DNA of 64,000 nucleotides, taken from contig CAWEMM010000011.1 in NCBI GenBank assembly GCA_963810095.1, positions 192,001-256,000 of the forward strand, written 5' to 3'. The position numbers and the translations under genes were made by a program. Position 1 is the first letter of the stretch. Every line of letters begins with the position of its first letter. Source of the DNA: an uncultured Chloroflexia bacterium (GTDB lineage Bacteria; Chloroflexota; Anaerolineae; CG2-30-64-16). The notes beneath the pieces were generated by a model. The model made no database searches and was not told the origin of the DNA. It saw nothing but the letters and a program-made list of their open reading frames with translations. Shown here in pieces: positions 1 to 10,752 of this stretch.

Positions 1-77
1 CGTGGTCATGTTTCGGCAGCCCAGGGGCTCATACCGCTCTGGGAGCGCTCTCATACCGGAAGCCGTTTGCGCGAAAC

Positions 78-110
78 AAAAAAGGGGGCGCCCTGCGGCG
101 TCCCCTTTTC
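78..110 (-). terminator. Intrinsic terminator, possibly bidirectional
   Basis: Minus strand AAAAGGGGACGCC-GCAG-GGCGCCCCCTTTTTTGTTT: GC hairpin followed by a U-tract, downstream of aor. Confidence 0.75.
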
Positions 111-227
111 TGATTTACCCATGCGGCTTGTCTGCCGGCTCATCTCCGGCGTGGTGCCTTACGTGGCTTGGATTGCGGCCCCCAGACGGATAGTTCGTTT
201 AACCCACGGCAGGCAGAGCTGCGCCAG

Positions 228-258
228 GACCTCCGCGGTCTCGTGAACCGCGGAGGTC
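228..258. repeat. REP-like palindrome (GACCTyCGnGGT family)
   Basis: GACCTCCGCGGT-N7-ACCGCGGAGGTC; related copies at 37241-37269 and 48596-48628. Confidence 0.6.
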
Positions 259-276
259 GATGGGCCGCCCGTCTGC

Positions 277-2184
277 CTATCCGAGCAGTTCCGCCAAGCC
301 GAGCTCGGCCAGCCGCTCGGCAGTGGGCACGCCGTCCGGCGTCCACCCCATCAGGCCGTACCACTGCTGCCGCGCCCTGAGCAGGCTTTCCTCGGATATC
401 TCTACTCCGGCCGCGGGCCCTTCCGTGAACGGCTGCATGATGCGCTTGGGCAGGCGGTCGTCTGCTGCGGTCAAGCCCTCGCGGAAGTTGAACAACCGGC
501 ACAGGTGCTGGGCCCGCTCGCCAACCCGCAGGATTTCCTCGGCCGAGTAGTCGTGCCCGGTTGCGCCGCTGATCGCCTCGGCCAGCTGCACATAATTGTA
601 CGGGTAGAAGGCGCACACGACGGCGCAGTCCATAAAGTGAGTCCAGTTCACCTCGTGGTAGAAGAGCTCCACCTTCTTCTCGTCCAATGCGGTCACTGGC
701 ATCGGCTCGGCGGGATAGACGGCACGCACTCGGTCGAGCGCGCCCCCGGGGCTGGAGTAGTCGCCGTCGTGAATGTTCATCATGTGGTCCGCGCCGACCG
801 GCCCTACAGCATAGCCGAGGGCCAGGCCCACCTTGGTGCGGGGTTCGTGCATGGGGAACTCTTGACCCTTAACCTCGACCAGGTAGTCCTCCGACCCGTG
901 CCCCACCCACTTGCTGATGCGCCGGCTGCCCTCGGCCATCTTCTCGCCGAAGCCGCGGCAGTGGGCGATCATGTCGACGGCCTCCACCACGGCCGCCCCG
1001 TCGCCCCATTTCGGCAGGAAGCCGCCGGTCTGCTCCGCGGTCAGCAGGCCCCGGTCGACCAACTCCATGACATACGCGATCGTCATCCCGGTGCTGATCG
1101 TGTCCAGCCCCCAGCGGGCGCACAGCTCATTCGCTTTCGCCACCGCGATCAGGTCGGCGACGCCGCAGGCGCTGCCGAACGCGCCCAGCGTCTCGTATTC
1201 CGGGCCGCCGTAGACCGGCTCGATCGTCGTCTGCCCCGTCATTTCGGTCTGGAGCAGAGGCTCATCAGGGAAGGCTTCGCCTTCGTACGCGACCACTTGC
1301 TTGCAGTAGACCGGGCACGCCTGGCAGGTGTCGCGCTCCTTGCGGATCGTGGCCGCCATCAACTTGCCGTCGATGCTCTTCGCATCGGGGAATTCGGGAT
1401 CTTGGAAGTTGCGGACGGGCAGGTTGCTCGTCCTGGCGTGAAAAGCGACGCTGCCGGGCGTACCCATTGTCACCGCCCAGGCCATCCGCTCTTTGTACTC
1501 CTGGCCGATCCACTTGGTGACGGGCAGTGTGCGCTGGCGGTTGCCTTGTGGAACGTTCTGCGTGCCCCGCACCGCCACCGCCTTGAGGTTCTTGCTGCCC
1601 ATGACTGCGCCCAGGCCGTTGCGGCCCGCGGCCCGGTTCACGTCGTGCATGATGGCCGAGTACAGCACTCCGTTTTCGCCCGCCACGCCAATCTGCGCCA
1701 CCCGCACCTTGTCGTCGCCGAGTTCTGCGCGAATCGCCGCTTGCACCGGCGCGGTGTCCTGGCCCCACAAATGACCCGCGGGACGCAGGCTCATGTTGCC
1801 GTCGCTGACGTAGAGGTAGACCGGCTCGACCGCTCTGCCGTGAACGACCAGCGCATCCCAGCCGCACCGCTTGAACTCATGGCCCCACCAGCCGCCGGCT
1901 TCAGAGCTGGCAATCGCGCCGGTGAGCGGGCTCTTCGCCCCCACCCCGTGCCGCCCGCTTGAAGGGAGGTTCGTGCCCTGTAGAAGGCCAGGCGCAAAAA
2001 TGAGGATGTTATCCGGACCGAGGGCATCCACGCCGGCCGGCGTGTGCTTCAGCAGCAGATACGCTACCAGGCCGCGGCCTCCCGCCAGCCGCAGGTACGC
2101 CTCATCCGGGGGCGTCTCGACCCACGACGAACCATCCGTTACGTCAACATGGAGGATCTTCCCCCAAGAACCGCCGACAGTCAT
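277..2184 (-). CDS. aor: Aldehyde:ferredoxin oxidoreductase (W/Mo-bis-pyranopterin AOR family)
   Basis: GRNGLGAVMGSKNLKAV, CQACPVYC, GPEYET and GLDTIS motifs; GGAGG RBS before ATG 2184. Confidence 0.93.
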   Translation of the reverse strand: MTVGGSWGKILHVDVTDGSSWVETPPDEAYLRLAGGRGLVAYLLLKHTPAGVDALGPDNILIFAPGLLQGTNLPSSGRHGVGAKSPLTGAIASSEAGGWWGHEFKRCGWDALVVHGRAVEPVYLYVSDGNMSLRPAGHLWGQDTAPVQAAIRAELGDDKVRVAQIGVAGENGVLYSAIMHDVNRAAGRNGLGAVMGSKNLKAVAVRGTQNVPQGNRQRTLPVTKWIGQEYKERMAWAVTMGTPGSVAFHARTSNLPVRNFQDPEFPDAKSIDGKLMAATIRKERDTCQACPVYCKQVVAYEGEAFPDEPLLQTEMTGQTTIEPVYGGPEYETLGAFGSACGVADLIAVAKANELCARWGLDTISTGMTIAYVMELVDRGLLTAEQTGGFLPKWGDGAAVVEAVDMIAHCRGFGEKMAEGSRRISKWVGHGSEDYLVEVKGQEFPMHEPRTKVGLALGYAVGPVGADHMMNIHDGDYSSPGGALDRVRAVYPAEPMPVTALDEKKVELFYHEVNWTHFMDCAVVCAFYPYNYVQLAEAISGATGHDYSAEEILRVGERAQHLCRLFNFREGLTAADDRLPKRIMQPFTEGPAAGVEISEESLLRARQQWYGLMGWTPDGVPTAERLAELGLAELLG

Positions 2185-2222
2185 TGTCCCTCCTCGTGTT
2201 CCGCTTGCGCCGGCCGCGGGTG

Positions 2223-2447
2223 TCAGCCGCCGCCGAGTGCGGGTATCAGCTCCACCTTGTCGCCATCCTGAAGCAGAGTGTCCCACTGGGCGAGTTTCCC
2301 ATTCACCAGGATCATGAGTCCTGTGGAACGCGGCAATGGCAGCGATCCCGCGGCCTCGCCCACGGTGCAGGAGCCCTCGAGCTCCAGCACTGCGGGCGCC
2401 GCGCCCGCCAACAGATCTTCGGCATGAAGGGTTACGCGCACGGCCAC
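2223..2447 (-). CDS. MoaD/ThiS family sulfur carrier
   Basis: 74 aa ubiquitin-like fold, LQDGDKVELIPALGGG C-terminus; directly upstream of aor; extended -10 TGtTACAAT near 2478-2486. Confidence 0.88.
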   Translation of the reverse strand: MAVRVTLHAEDLLAGAAPAVLELEGSCTVGEAAGSLPLPRSTGLMILVNGKLAQWDTLLQDGDKVELIPALGGG

Positions 2448-2649
2448 ACCTCGCTCGCTACTCTCATCACGAGTGGCATTGTAACACATGGGCAGACAGC
2501 GCCAGAGAAGCGGCACTACAATGCGGAGAAGAACCCGCGCCCGCTGGAGCTGCCGGCCGGCGAAGGATGAAGTGGGAACGCTGACCGGCGCGGGCCTGCC
2601 ACGGCCTGTTAGGGTCATGATTCGTCTTCGTTGACGGGGGTCCTGACGC

Positions 2650-2719
2650 AAACAGGACCCTGGAGCAACTGATCCAACTGATCTACACGGTGCTGGGGGA
2701 AAAAACGTGATAATCAGTC
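2650..2719. repeat. Long-hairpin repeat family A, copy 1 (right arm truncated)
   Basis: AAACAGGACCCTG..CAACTGATCCAACTGATC..ATAATCAGTC matches the copies at 10646 and 32484. Confidence 0.6.
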
Positions 2720-2780
2720 GTGCGGGGCCAGGCACCCAAGGGATGCCTCGCCCCGCACGACCGGGCTTTGTTAGCCGCTT

Positions 2781-3410
2781 TTAGTTGCTCACGACCGGCG
2801 CCTGCTTGATATAGGTGGGCGAGGCAGCTTGCTGGAGCATGAAGGCCGCCAAATCCGCGCGCGAGAGCGACATGCCCGCGCCCTTCCCGAGGTAGCCAAC
2901 TTTCGGCGTCCCCTTCGGCGGATCGTCGGTCAGCCGCGGGATGCGGACGAGCGTCCAGTCGAGGTGCGACGCCCGCACGCCACGGGCCATGGCCGACATG
3001 TCCTCGTACGCGCCCTTCGCCGCAGTCTTGAGGAGCACGCCAATCAGTTTGTCCACCGGGCCCGGCTTGTCGGCCGGATCGCCGACGCCGGCCCCGGCCG
3101 CGACCACCAACCGCCTGACACCGCATCGCTCGGCCGCCTGCATGATGTTGTCCATGCTGTGGCTGATCGAAAATGGGGGTGCATCCTTCGCCGGGCCGAG
3201 CAGGCTCAGGACGGCCTGTGCGCCGCTCACGGCCTCCTCCACTCGAGCCGGGTCCAGCGCATCGCCCCCTATCACCCGCAGGCCCGCTCGTGCGGGACCC
3301 AGCTTGGCCGGTGTTCGCGCCAACACGGTCACCTCATGCCCGGCAGCCAGTGCCTGCTCGACGAGCAGCCGGCCCGTCTTCCCCGTTCCACCGAAAATGG
3401 CGAGCTTCAC
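2781..3410 (-). CDS. NAD(P)H-binding protein (atypical SDR, biliverdin reductase B-like)
   Basis: N-terminal GGTGKTG, LDWTLVRIPRL, SRADLA; GAGGAG RBS before GTG. Confidence 0.88.
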   Translation of the reverse strand: MKLAIFGGTGKTGRLLVEQALAAGHEVTVLARTPAKLGPARAGLRVIGGDALDPARVEEAVSGAQAVLSLLGPAKDAPPFSISHSMDNIMQAAERCGVRRLVVAAGAGVGDPADKPGPVDKLIGVLLKTAAKGAYEDMSAMARGVRASHLDWTLVRIPRLTDDPPKGTPKVGYLGKGAGMSLSRADLAAFMLQQAASPTYIKQAPVVSN

Positions 3411-3488
3411 GCTGACTCCTCCTCGACAAAGATAGGCGAATTATAACGACTGGTCTATAGAATCATCGTAGCCATGCTTCCCTTAAGC

Positions 3489-3578
3489 AGAAACCTCTCC
3501 CCTCGGTCCCAGAAACCGGGCCTCTCCAACGCCACGGGCGCGAGACCTGGTATCTGGGTCACGAGGCGAGAGGTTTCT
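3489..3578. repeat. Long imperfect hairpin built from AGAAACC-type REP units (family C)
   Basis: AGAAACCTCTC..CCCAGAAACCGGGCCTC pairs with GAGACCTGGTATCTGGG..GAGAGGTTTCT. Confidence 0.55.
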
Positions 3579-3674
3579 TCCCTCAACCCCTGGTTACCCC
3601 TGGCACATTACGTCGCCCCTTCGATCGGTGGGGCGACGACCGGGTACGTATGGTCGGCCGTGCGCCGCTTCGAC

Positions 3675-4229
3675 TCAAAACACGGCGAGCGACAGCGTGC
3701 TCATTGCCGGCGCGGGCACGCGCTCGCCCTTCAACTGCCACACCTGGACGTGCGCTTCCATGAACTCCTCGCCCAACATGCGCGCCACCGACACCCGGTG
3801 GTGCCCGTCCCGCACGTAGTAGGTGTCGCCTACCTGCACCAGCGAAATCGCCGGTAGCGACTGGCCGCACACCCGGGCCGCGTACACGCCCGCCCAGCGC
3901 TGCTGAGCCGATGACTTGAGCGGGAGGAACGCATCGTCGAAGTCCGTCACCCGGCATTCACTGCCGCGGATCTTCCTGACCTCGACCGTCTGGCACCCGG
4001 CCTCGTACATGGACTCGACGGTCGCTGTCTTGCGGACCTCGTCCAGGTCAAGCAGCGCGTGGGGCCTGCGCACCAACTTGGCCCACGCCCGCTTTAGTTG
4101 CGCCCGCCAGTGGACGCTGTGAAAGAGCGACACTGCCCTACCAACCGCCTCGATGCCAGGGTCGTAGCGCTGGCGTCCCCCCGAGGGAGCAATCGAGCTG
4201 GCTTGGAACTGGCCGTAAGAGTCAAACAT
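3675..4229 (-). CDS. ParB/sulfiredoxin-like N-terminal domain protein (DUF4032-like)
   Basis: LPAISLVQVGDTYYVRDGHHRVSVAR motif; GGAGA RBS before ATG 4229; the upstream ORF extension runs through the VNTR and is not counted. Confidence 0.8.
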   Translation of the reverse strand: MFDSYGQFQASSIAPSGGRQRYDPGIEAVGRAVSLFHSVHWRAQLKRAWAKLVRRPHALLDLDEVRKTATVESMYEAGCQTVEVRKIRGSECRVTDFDDAFLPLKSSAQQRWAGVYAARVCGQSLPAISLVQVGDTYYVRDGHHRVSVARMLGEEFMEAHVQVWQLKGERVPAPAMSTLSLAVF

Positions 4230-4239
4230 CGTGTTCTCC

Positions 4240-4371
4240 CGTAGCTTGCGTTCTCGCCTAGCTTGCGTTCTGGCGTAGCTTGCGTTCTGGCGTAGCTTGC
4301 GTTCTGGCGTAGCTTGCGTTCTGGCGTAGCTTGCGTTCTGGCCTAGCTTGCGTTCTGGCGTAGCTTGCGTT
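4240..4371. repeat. 17-bp tandem repeat (VNTR), about 7.7 units of CGTAGCTTGCGTTCTGG
   Basis: Units start at 4240, 4257, 4274, 4291, 4308, 4325, 4342 and 4359; no spacers. Confidence 0.95.
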
Positions 4372-4422
4372 GCGAACCATGGGCTCCGTACAGGCCAGGG
4401 CTCGCCACGGTCGCTCGGTCGC

Positions 4423-5049
4423 TCAGGCCCAGGCCGCCGCAAGGATACCAGAGCCGGCGAGTGGGGCCGTGCGGGGCGCCTGGCTCGGCGCCTGCCGGCG
4501 GGCGTCCTTCGTTTCAAGCATTTCGGCCATCGTGGCCCGTGCCCGGTGAAGCCGGCTCTTGACTGCACTCACCGTCGTGCCCGTCGCCTCCGCGATCTCC
4601 TGGTACGAGAGGTCATACCAGTAGAGCATGACGACTGCCGCCCGATCCTTGGCCGGCAGGACTTCCAGCAGCGCCTGCACATCCGACGCACGCTCGCCCT
4701 GCAGCGCCGAGTCTTCGGGGCCCACCCGCTTTTCGCGCAGCGCCGGGTGTCCGGCCAGGGGCTCGTCGTCGATGTCCAACCACGTAACGCGGCGGCGGCG
4801 GAGCCGGTCGATGCAGTAGTGGCTCGCGATCGAGAAGAGCCAGGTCTTGAAGGGCCGCTCGGGATCATACCGGTGAAACTGCGTGTAGGCCCGCAAGAAG
4901 GTTTCTTGAGTCGCATCCTGAGCCTGGTCGGCTTCGCCCAGCATCCGGTAGCACAGGTTGTAAATGGCGGTCTGATAGGTCTGAACCAGGGTCGTGAAAG
5001 CTGCCTGGTCGCCCTTGCGTGCCAAAGTGACGATGTCCTGCTCGCTCAT
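4423..5049 (-). CDS. ECF sigma-70 factor (SigW-like)
   Basis: AQDATQETFLRAY, FKTWLFSIA and LSYQEIAE..TVSAVKSRLHRAR (regions 2 and 4). Confidence 0.92.
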   Translation of the reverse strand: MSEQDIVTLARKGDQAAFTTLVQTYQTAIYNLCYRMLGEADQAQDATQETFLRAYTQFHRYDPERPFKTWLFSIASHYCIDRLRRRRVTWLDIDDEPLAGHPALREKRVGPEDSALQGERASDVQALLEVLPAKDRAAVVMLYWYDLSYQEIAEATGTTVSAVKSRLHRARATMAEMLETKDARRQAPSQAPRTAPLAGSGILAAAWA

Positions 5050-5065
5050 GGTATGACTCCCCTTC

Positions 5066-5434
5066 TTACGCACCAGCCACCACGTCCAGCGCCTGCAGCA
5101 GGCGTGCTGGTGGCTCCCCTTTGTTGACGAAGGCGTCGGCCCCAGCTTCGAGGGCCTGCACTTCGTAATCGCCGTTCATCGAAAGCACGATGATCTTGAT
5201 GTTCGGCCAGCGGCTCTTGATCGTCCTGGTGGCCTCAATCCCATCCAGCTCGCCCATGCAGACATCCATCAAGACTGCATCGGGCTCCCAGCTTTCTACC
5301 AGCGCTATGGCTTCCCGTCCGTTGATCGCTTCCTGTAGCGCCGTTACTGCCGGGTGGGTTCCTACCAGGGCCCGCAAGCTCTGGCGGGCTCGGGCCATGT
5401 CGTCGACGATCAGTATCCGCATGTGCTCGTTCAT
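5066..5434 (-). CDS. Single-domain response regulator (receiver only)
   Basis: ILIVDD, DAVLMD, DGIEAT, GADAFVNK; no output domain. Confidence 0.88.
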   Translation of the reverse strand: MNEHMRILIVDDMARARQSLRALVGTHPAVTALQEAINGREAIALVESWEPDAVLMDVCMGELDGIEATRTIKSRWPNIKIIVLSMNGDYEVQALEAGADAFVNKGEPPARLLQALDVVAGA

Positions 5435-5602
5435 CACTTTGTGCCTTCCGCTGCGTGTCTGCTTCAGTACGGTCTCGTGTCGCAGCGTCATCGACAAGAT
5501 AAGCCCTTGCGCCAAATCTCACATCGGGAAAACCACGGGGGTTTGCGTACACAAAGAGACCACCCTGGCGGGTGGTCTGGTGCGGGATTTGAGTAGGAGG
5601 AG

Positions 5603-5618
5603 TACCAGATTTCTGGTA
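5603..5618. promoter_or_regulatory. Putative NarL-family binding site (7-2-7 inverted repeat)
   Basis: TACCAGA-TT-TCTGGTA, perfect arms, between the NarL regulator and the receiver/ECF genes. Confidence 0.5.
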
Positions 5619-5653
5619 TGTGCGCTGGGGACGCCGGCGGGGTGCGTGCGGGC

Positions 5654-6331
5654 TTACGCGTCGTCGCCGAAGGAAGGAATATCGTCCAGCGAGGCCAGGC
5701 CCTCGCGCAGCGCAAACAAGGCCGCCTGGGTCCGGCTGGCGAGGTGGAGCTTGCCGAGGATGTTGCTGACGTGCGTACTAACGGTCAGCTCGGTAATCAC
5801 GAGTTTCTCCGCGATCTCCCGATTGCTGCGGCCCTGTGCGACGAGCCGCAGCACTTCCATTTCGCGCCCGGTCAAAGGATCGGTCGTCAGTTGCTCCCTC
5901 GACGGGTGAGCAAGCTCGAACAGCACTTTGCTGGCAATCGACGGCTCGAGCGAAGGCTGGCCCCGGTGCACCTGCCGGATCGCCTGCACCAACTCGAAGG
6001 GGCCCGAGTCTTTCAACAGGTAGCCAAGCGCGCCGGCCTTGATGGCAGGAAAAACCTTATCGTCCGCCGCAAAGCTGGTCAGGACGAGCACGCGCACGCC
6101 CTTCAGCTGCGCGGTGATCTGGCGCGTCGCCTCGATCCCGTCGATTTTGGGCATGACCAGGTCCATCATCACCACGTCTGGCCGCAAGGCTTGGGCCTTT
6201 GCGATGGCTTCGGCGCCGTCCGACGCCTCACCCACTACCTCGAAGTCGGGCTCCGTCGCCAGCAGCGCGGCGATCCCTTTACGCACGATTGCGTGGTCGT
6301 CGACGAGCATGACGCGAATCTTCTGTGACAT
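5654..6331 (-). CDS. NarL/LuxR family DNA-binding response regulator
   Basis: Receiver (LVDDH, MMDL, YLLK) plus LTGREMEVL..SNREIA..HVSNILGKL HTH. Confidence 0.95.
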   Translation of the reverse strand: MSQKIRVMLVDDHAIVRKGIAALLATEPDFEVVGEASDGAEAIAKAQALRPDVVMMDLVMPKIDGIEATRQITAQLKGVRVLVLTSFAADDKVFPAIKAGALGYLLKDSGPFELVQAIRQVHRGQPSLEPSIASKVLFELAHPSREQLTTDPLTGREMEVLRLVAQGRSNREIAEKLVITELTVSTHVSNILGKLHLASRTQAALFALREGLASLDDIPSFGDDA

Positions 6332-6411
6332 GGTGCTCCTTGTACCGAGATCCTATCGCTTCCGGGTTGACGGCCCGTGGGCATGCAATTGCGCCCTTCC
6401 CGGGGTGCGCG

Positions 6412-9400
6412 CTAAAGCCTGGGACCAGCGCCGTCGACCGGCGCCTCCACGGTAATGGTCGCGCCCTCGTCCGGCGCACTGGTGATCGTCAGGCAGCCGT
6501 TGATGTGCTGCACACGCTCGCGCATCCCCCGCAGGCCCAACCCACCCGCCTCGACCGCCTCCTGGAGTGCAAACCCCACGCCGTCGTCGCGCACCTGAAG
6601 CCGAGTCGTATGCTTGCCGTAATGCAATGACACGACGACATGCCTGGCACGGGAGTGCTTGAGGGTATTGTTCAGGGCTTCTTGCGCGATATGGTAGAGC
6701 TCTTCCTGCACGGCATTCGTAAGCAGCGGCGCGAACTCGACGCCGTCCTGCACCAGCTCGGCCTGCATCCCGCCGCGGGTCTCCACTGCCTGCAGACGTG
6801 CCTGGATTGCGCCAGCAAGGCCCATCTTCTGCAGATCCATCGGCCGCAGCTCAAAGATCAGCAGACGCATCTCGCGCAGCGCCTCCTGCGAGGTATCGCG
6901 CAGGTCACGCAGGTGCGCGGCCGCCTGCTCCGACTGGCCGACCGCAAGCTGGCGGGCCGCAGCCTCGGCATACAGGGTCACGCTGTACAGATTCTGCGTC
7001 ACCGAGTCGTGCAGTTCGCGCGCCAGCCTGTTGCGTTCTTCCGTAGCCGCCGAAGTCTTCGCCTGCTCGCGCAGCCGGGCGGCTTCGATTGCCAGTGCGG
7101 CCTGGTCTGCCATCGTCTGCACCAACTCGATCTCCTCCTGGCTGAAGGGGCGCGAGTCGTGGTAGTACAGGCTGAGCGTGCCATACGGGCGATCGCCGAT
7201 GAATACGGGCACGGTCAAGAGCGCTCGGAAGACCTGGACGATGTCCTCCACCACCGATAGCGGCATGGTCGCCGGCAGCTCGTCGTTCGCCCGCAGGACT
7301 TCCAGGAAAGCAGCCGTGTCAGAGATCAGGATCGGCGCGCCCTGCGCCAGCGCCCTGCCCGACGCGACCTGTCCCGACCGGATGCGCAGGTTCGCGACGA
7401 ACTCCTTCACCAGGCCATGGTGAGCTTGGGGAGACATGATGCCGTCATCCGGATTAAGCCGCATGAGCGCCGCACCATCCGCGCCCAGCACGTGGCACGC
7501 CTGCCACGCAATGAGGTCAAGCGTCTCCTGCAATGACTGCCCCGAATTCAGCACGGAGAGGATCTCCCGCAGCCCCTCGGCAACACGCCGGCGGCGCTCC
7601 GCCTCGTCGCGGCGCTCCTGTTCAGTCTCATACAGCCGGGCATTCTCAATCCCCACCCCAATTTGGCGGCCCAGGGCGATCAAGAGACCTGCTTCTTCCG
7701 GCGCAAGGGTACGCGGGCGCTTGCAGCTGAGCGACATGCTGCCGGCCAACCGGTCCTTGGCAACGAGCGGGACGGTAATGACCGATACAAGCCCCTCCGC
7801 CAGCGCAGCCGTCTTGGCCGGGCCGTCATCAAGGTTGGGGGGCGACCACTGCCGGGGCTGCTCCCAGCTTTCGGGTGTGTTCGGCAGGATCATGTTAGTC
7901 GGCAGAGTCCGCACCGCTTCGACGAACTCTGGCGAGAGGTTCTGCGCAGCGACCAACTCGAGGTGCTTGCCGTGCTCTTCCGTGATATAGACGGCGCCGC
8001 TTTCACAGCCAATGACCTCGGTGCTGACCGCGAGCGCGTCTCGGGCAATCTCGCGGACCTCGAGCGACCGGCTCACGACTGCAGCCATCGTATTCAGCGC
8101 GATCAGAGCGCGCGTCCGTTCCTGTACCCGGTGCTCGAGGTCGCGGTAAGCGGCGTTCAGCTGATCCTGCGCAGTGCGCTCGTCGGTGATATCCTCGAGC
8201 ATCGCGATGCGATACATCGGCTTACCGTCCGGGCGTCGCGCCAGGGTGACTGTCAGCCGGCCCCACATGACGGTCTCATCCTTCCGCAGGTAGCGGCGCT
8301 CGATCTGGTACCGGTCACGGACGCCCGTGTGCAACTCCTGGATCAAGTCGTCGCGGATCGCCATATCGTCGGGGTGGATGTATGCGGAGGGCGGAAGGCT
8401 GTCGAGTTCGGCGGCCGAGAGGCCGAGGAGCCGCGTCAGCGCAGGATTTGCCTCGAGAAGCTCCCCGTTCATGTCGGAGATCACGATCGCCACGTCGGCG
8501 CTTTCGAAAAGCGAGCGGAAGCGCACCTCGCTCGCGCGCAGCGCCTCTTCCCGCGGCGTGTTTCGACGGCCACGCCGACGAGGTGCGCGACCGACTGGAT
8601 TAGCTCGACCTCATCCTCCATCGCCTTATGGGGTTCATTGTAGTAGACAGAGAACGAACCCAATGCCGTGCCCTCGGTGTTGACGATCGGCTCAGCCCAA
8701 GCCGCATGCAGGTCTTGGCTCAGTGCGTAGGCGCGTGTTTCAGGAAACGCGTCCCACCGCGGATCGGTGGCCACGTCTTCGATCACCAGGCGCTGCCTCT
8801 GGCGCACGGCCATGCTCGAAGGCGCGTCCGGGTTCATCTTCTTCTGGAGGTCCTCCAGGGTGCTGACGAGTTCGCTCGACAGGCTGCCGCTGGCCGAAGC
8901 CACCAGCCCGCCGGTCTTCTCATCCACCAACCAGACCACGCAATGTGCGCCCGACCAGTGCTCCTCGATGGCGAGCAGGAACTCGCGAAGGCGGCCCGTC
9001 AGCTCTGCGCCCGTCGCAACCCCCTCGAGCAGGCGGCTTTGCGCGTGCTGGATGCCCTGTGTGCGCTTGAGCTCGGTAATGTCAGTATTCGAGCCTGCGA
9101 CCCGATACGGCTTGCCCAGTGCGTCACGGAGCGCAATGCCGCGGATAAGGTGCCAGCGATACGAGCCATCCTTGTGCCGTACGCGGTGGTCGGCCTGCAG
9201 CGCCTGCGTGTCGCCGGCCATGTAGGCATTAAAGGTCGCAGCCATGCGATCCCGGTCGTCCGGGTGTGCCAGGGCTCGCCACGTGTCCGTCGTGCTGGGC
9301 AGCTCGTCGTCCGCATAACCCAACATGGCCTTCCACCGGGGCGACAGGTAGAGCGTATCTGCGCGGAGATCCCAATCCCAGATCCCGTCGTTCGAGCCGG

Positions 9401-10559
9401 CCATCACCAGCTCGAGTTGCTCATTCTTGCTGTGCAGATCATCGTACGTCTGCGAGAGCTGGCGCGACATGCTGTTGAACTGCGTGACCAGGCGCTGCAC
9501 TTCGACAGAGTTGGCTGAGGTGATCGTTTGGCCGAACTTGCCGCCGGCCACTTCCTGGGCCGCGAAAGTGAGGCGATCGATGGGCTGCGTAATTCGACGG
9601 ACGCCGAGGGCCACCACTGCGGCGGGGAAAATCACGCCCAGTACGAGTAGCAGTATCAGGAACTGGCGGTAGGGCCGGCTCGGCTCCATCAGCGCGTCCC
9701 AGTCGGTCTCACGCACCAGGCCCCAGCGCGTGCCAGGCACCGCCGCACGGCTCACGACCACGTCAAGGCCATCCCTTGCGCGGCGTATCGCCCGGCCGCT
9801 CTCGGCTACCGCAGCATCGAGAGTCCAGGTTGCAGGCCCGGCGCCCTCCATATCCTCGATGTCAGAGTTGTATATGGTGGCGCCTGTGCTATCGACCAGG
9901 ATCGTCTGGACGCCGGCCGCTGCACGCTGGCGGATGATGCTCGCATAGAGCGCGCTGGTGGTGGTCGCGCCCACCCGGAACCCGCCGGCCAGCGCGCCAA
10001 GCATATCTCCTCGATCGTTCGTGACGGGCACGGCCACCATGACCACGTTTGTCCCATCCGCTCCGTCAGGCGTCACGTCGCTGAAGGCGGGCCCCTGGTT
10101 GCGCAGCACGTCGCGGAACAGCTCGCGGTCCGACCAATCCTGGCCTGCCAGATCGGGGCGATCGGGCTGCGCGGCGATGACACGGCCGTAGTTGTCCAGC
10201 GCCAACACGCCTGCATCGAAGGTCACGAGCCGGTTCGCCGACACGGCCAGGCCCATCCGCACTGCCACCGGGTCGCGCCAGGCTTCGCTAAGGGTTCGGG
10301 CTGCCCCGTCGAGCACGTCGCCGTACTCGCCGAGGTTGGTGGAAAGCTGGCTGGCCGAGAGGCGCGTCAATTCCTCGCTCTGCTGTAGCACCAGGTCACT
10401 GGTCGTGCGCTGGTAGGCAACAAAAGCAACGAGAGCGACGGCAAGTAGAATAATGGCGGTCGGGACGAAGGACCAGGCGACGATCTGGGTTCGCAAACTG
10501 CGGGTTCGCAGGCTGCGGACCGCCAGACCCCGCCAACGGAGGCTGGGCGGCATGCTCAC
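6412..10559 (-). CDS. Sensor histidine kinase (Cache-HAMP-PAS-GAF-PAS-GAF-GAF-HisKA_3-HATPase), frameshift near 8555
   Basis: ORFs 8481-10562 and 6412-8526 overlap and form one architecture; ERNRLARELHDSVTQ H-box, DDGVGF, GLGLRGMRER; start codon uncertain. Confidence 0.85.
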
Positions 10560-10645
10560 CAATCCCCGGACAGGACTCGTACCCTATTGTACGACGTAAC
10601 GGCCTAGAAGCAAAGAACCGGAGGCTCACGATACTATACTGATCC

Positions 10646-10752
10646 GAAACGGGACACTGATGCAACCGATTGAACTGATTGAACTCAGCTGCACTGTCCT
10701 GCCGAAAAAGATCGTGATAATCAGTCAAATCAGTTCAATCAGTGTCCAATTC
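10646..10752. repeat. Long-hairpin repeat family A, copy 2
   Basis: GAAACGGGACACTGAT(..AACTGAT)n ... (ATCAGT..)nATCAGTGTCCAATTC. Confidence 0.8.

Noticed and set aside
4240-4371. Possible CRISPR array
   Set aside because: The units are directly tandem with no unique spacers, and there are no cas genes
4230-4568. N-terminal extension of the ParB-like ORF through the VNTR
   Set aside because: It overlaps the sigma gene and translates a non-triplet repeat; a good RBS and ATG exist at 4229
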